DNA of 64,000 nucleotides from Bilabrum cf. latius (Eukaryota): NCBI GenBank assembly GCA_965178125.1, contig OZ237738.1, positions 124,001 to 188,000 of the forward strand, read 5' to 3'. Shown piece by piece: positions 61,901 to 64,000 of this stretch (position 1 is its first letter; each line of letters starts with the position of its first letter). The notes under the pieces were generated by a model. It saw only the letters and a program-made list of their open reading frames with translations, ran no database searches and was not told where the DNA came from. The position numbers and the translations under genes were made by a program.

Positions 61901-64000
61901 TGCACAGATCGGCGCCGGCTCGCCACAGTCCAGCCTCCCTCATCTCCTCCCGTGGATCTGGAGCTGGACCCCGACTGGAGCTGCTGCTGTCGCTCGTGCT
62001 GCTGCTGAGCGCGCATGCCTGCCTCAAGCGCCTGTCGCAGCGAATCGGGAAGCAGGTGCGGCCTGCGCAGGGCGGTCTCATCGATGGGCGGCATCTGCGC
62101 CTTGGACACGAGAACCTCCGGCAGGTACTGCAGGAAGGCATACTGCGCTACAAACTGCAGGGGGTGCCGCCGCAGGTCGGGCCGCCTCGAGTCCCCCCCC
62201 GCGAGCGCAGTCCGGGCACGCGGGAAGAACGCGCTCCCGAACGCGCGTGCGGCGGCGGCGATCGGCGGTGTCAGCTGCAGCGCGCGGCCCGCGTCGTCAG
62301 CGGCTCCGCCTCCGCCCCCACCAAGACCCCTGGGAGAGGGCACCAGCGGCTGCCTGCCCCTGATACCGTGCTCCTTGGCCGCAGCGACTGCAGAGGCCAC
62401 CGCGCCCATGAGCCTGTACTGGCCCCCCCGGATGGCCCGCAGGAAGGAGGCCAGTGCGCTGCTGGGCACACCGTCCAGGAGATCTCTCCACGGTGCCACG
62501 GGACTTGCCACCGCGAATGCTTTCGCCTCCCCGTGCCGCCCGCCTGCGGCAGAGGTGCTGCTCCTGCCCGTCCGGACGGAAGCTGCGGCGCCTCCACCCG
62601 CCGCCCCCTAGCCCATACCTCCGTGCCTAAACGAAGACATGAAAGAGAGCTCGGTACGTGACTCGGACAGCCCGTCCACGTCGGCAGACATGGCAATGCG
62701 GGCCGCCCTGGCCACCGCAGCGAAGGACGCGCGAGCGGCAGGGACCAGCGACACCGGCATGGCTTCCGCAAGGCACGGCAGCGATTCCTCTGGGGCATCG
62801 AGGGAGATGGAGGGAGCCCCCCTCGACTCGTGGTAGGGCCGCTGCAGCCGGTCGGCCGAGGCCCCCGCCTGCGCGAGGTCAGCTTCCGCCATGAACCGCC
62901 TCAGCATGTGGCACTCGAAGCTGGCCACCCCAAGGAGCGCGGACGCACGAGCCGCCTCTGACCGGAGCGCGCTAGCGAATTTGGCCGTTTGCGCAGGGGT
63001 TTGATCGTCTGCGGCGGTGCGGGGGGAGTGCATCTCGCTGCCGGGTGCCTTCCACGGCTCTGCTGCGGTGGCACTGCCCCTGCGGGACGGCGAGGATGGG
63101 TTGCTGGATGGGGCCGAGAGCCCCTCCTGCATGCGCACCATGCGCCTGGCGATGTTGTCCACCTCGGCAGAGGATCTCTGCAGCGAAAGAGCGATGCCAA
63201 CGCCCGCCGCCACCCCGCTCGCCGTCACGACAGCCACTGGGTACGAGTGGCCGCTGCCAGACTGCTCCCGCGCACAGGCCCGCATGCCGGCCGCCGCCCG
63301 CCGCACGCCCTCGCCGGGCTCGGGGTATCCCTCTGCCGCGGGGCTCGCCAGGGAGTCGGCGGTTGCGTCCAAGGCGGAGGAGGCGGCTCTCTTCCCGACG
63401 GCCGCAAACCCCGTCTCTCTCGCGAATGTGGCAAAGAAGGACGCCACTGCCTGCAGCGGGTGCACGATCACGGGGGGACGGGAGCTCGAGGCAGAGCTGC
63501 CGTCGCCGCGCCACCGCGCCCGCCGCCGCCGCCGCCGCCGCCTGCGGGCCGCGGGCGAGTCCTCAAACGCGTTGGGGTCCCCTGGCCTGGGCGCGCGCGC
63601 GGCCCCCGCGGCCTTCCCCACCAGGCTGCGCGTGAGGAGCTAGAGGTCCCTCGTCGGAATCGGATACTTGCGGCCCACGGGCTGCTGGCCCGGGCGCCTG
63701 GGTGCCTTGGACGGATCCACCCCGGGCGGGGGCTCCAGCTCGGACATGAGGCTGGGAAGCAGCCCAAAGTTGCTGGCCCTTGCGTGGCCGCGGGCCCGCC
63801 GCTCCTGGCCCACGGCCTGTCCCCACGCTTCCCTCGCTACGCACACGCGACGCTGGTCGTGCTCCGCAAATACGGCGGCCAGCATCACGGCCATTGCCTC
63901 CACGGGAATGAGGCTCGGGCTCGGCTGCTGCGTGGATCCGGGCCGTGCATCCGCCCTCCCCGGAATATTCCTGGACTGCCCATCACCACCACTGGATGGA
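55981..64000 (-). CDS. Very large (>2670 aa) mostly disordered protein with a possible OST-HTH/LOTUS-like domain; 5' end outside window (6 TAG)
   Basis: ORFs 63640, 62608, 61804, 61405, 59554, 59200 and 55981 share one frame, are separated only by TAG, and end at TGA 55981. Confidence 0.75.
56895..56967 (-). repeat. (CAGGGG)n microsatellite encoding poly-QG
   Basis: About 12 tandem CCCCTG units on the plus strand. Confidence 0.92.

Noticed and set aside
447-63643. Many long antisense and alternative-frame ORFs in the track (e.g. 447-1439, 12345-13874, 47866-49236, 56738-57907)
   Set aside because: Shadow ORFs expected from very high GC; they overlap better-supported genes and show no motifs.
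1-64000. Mass pseudogenisation or RIP-like CpA>TpA mutation as the source of the TAGs
   Set aside because: No frameshifts, catalytic motifs intact, single-copy genes affected, and no matching CAA>TAA stops. Only one clear internal TGA against about 100 TAG.
1-64000. A-to-I editing (UAG>UGG, Trp), pyrrolysine, or leaky readthrough
   Set aside because: TAG aligns with Gln and not Trp, no pyl genes are present in the window, downstream contexts vary, and genes contain up to about 18 TAGs including tandem pairs. U-to-C editing cannot be formally excluded without RNA data.

Overview
Gene-dense, GC-rich eukaryotic (protist-like) nuclear DNA with about 20 protein-coding genes, short intergenic gaps and a few ~85-110 nt GT-AG introns. 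Main result: the region uses a non-standard genetic code. Almost every gene is interrupted by in-frame TAG codons (about 100 by my manual count) and continues in the same frame through recognisable domains, and every gene I traced ends in TGA. TAG aligns with CAG/CAA (Gln) in paralogous copies inside the window, in GQ repeats and at Gln positions I recall as conserved in homologous families. I found no in-frame TAA in any exon. This points to UAG=Gln, decoupled from UAA (translation table 15-like). The supplied ORF track therefore fragments nearly every gene. Re-read this way, the window holds a dynein light chain, a TPR protein, a GH56 hyaluronidase-EGF-plant-type-domain fusion, a GH27 alpha-galactosidase, a cytosolic carboxypeptidase, a UBA-SNF2-RING helicase, an Atg22-like MFS transporter, a tetraspanin, an arylsulfatase, a ZnF-UBP deubiquitinase, a WD40-like protein, an Ldh_2 dehydrogenase, a DHHC palmitoyltransferase and a >2600-aa low-complexity protein. 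It also contains a 13.5-kb inverted duplication of a two-gene module (membrane EEP phosphodiesterase plus orphan receptor-like protein) with patchwork identity. The organism cannot be identified from the sequence alone.
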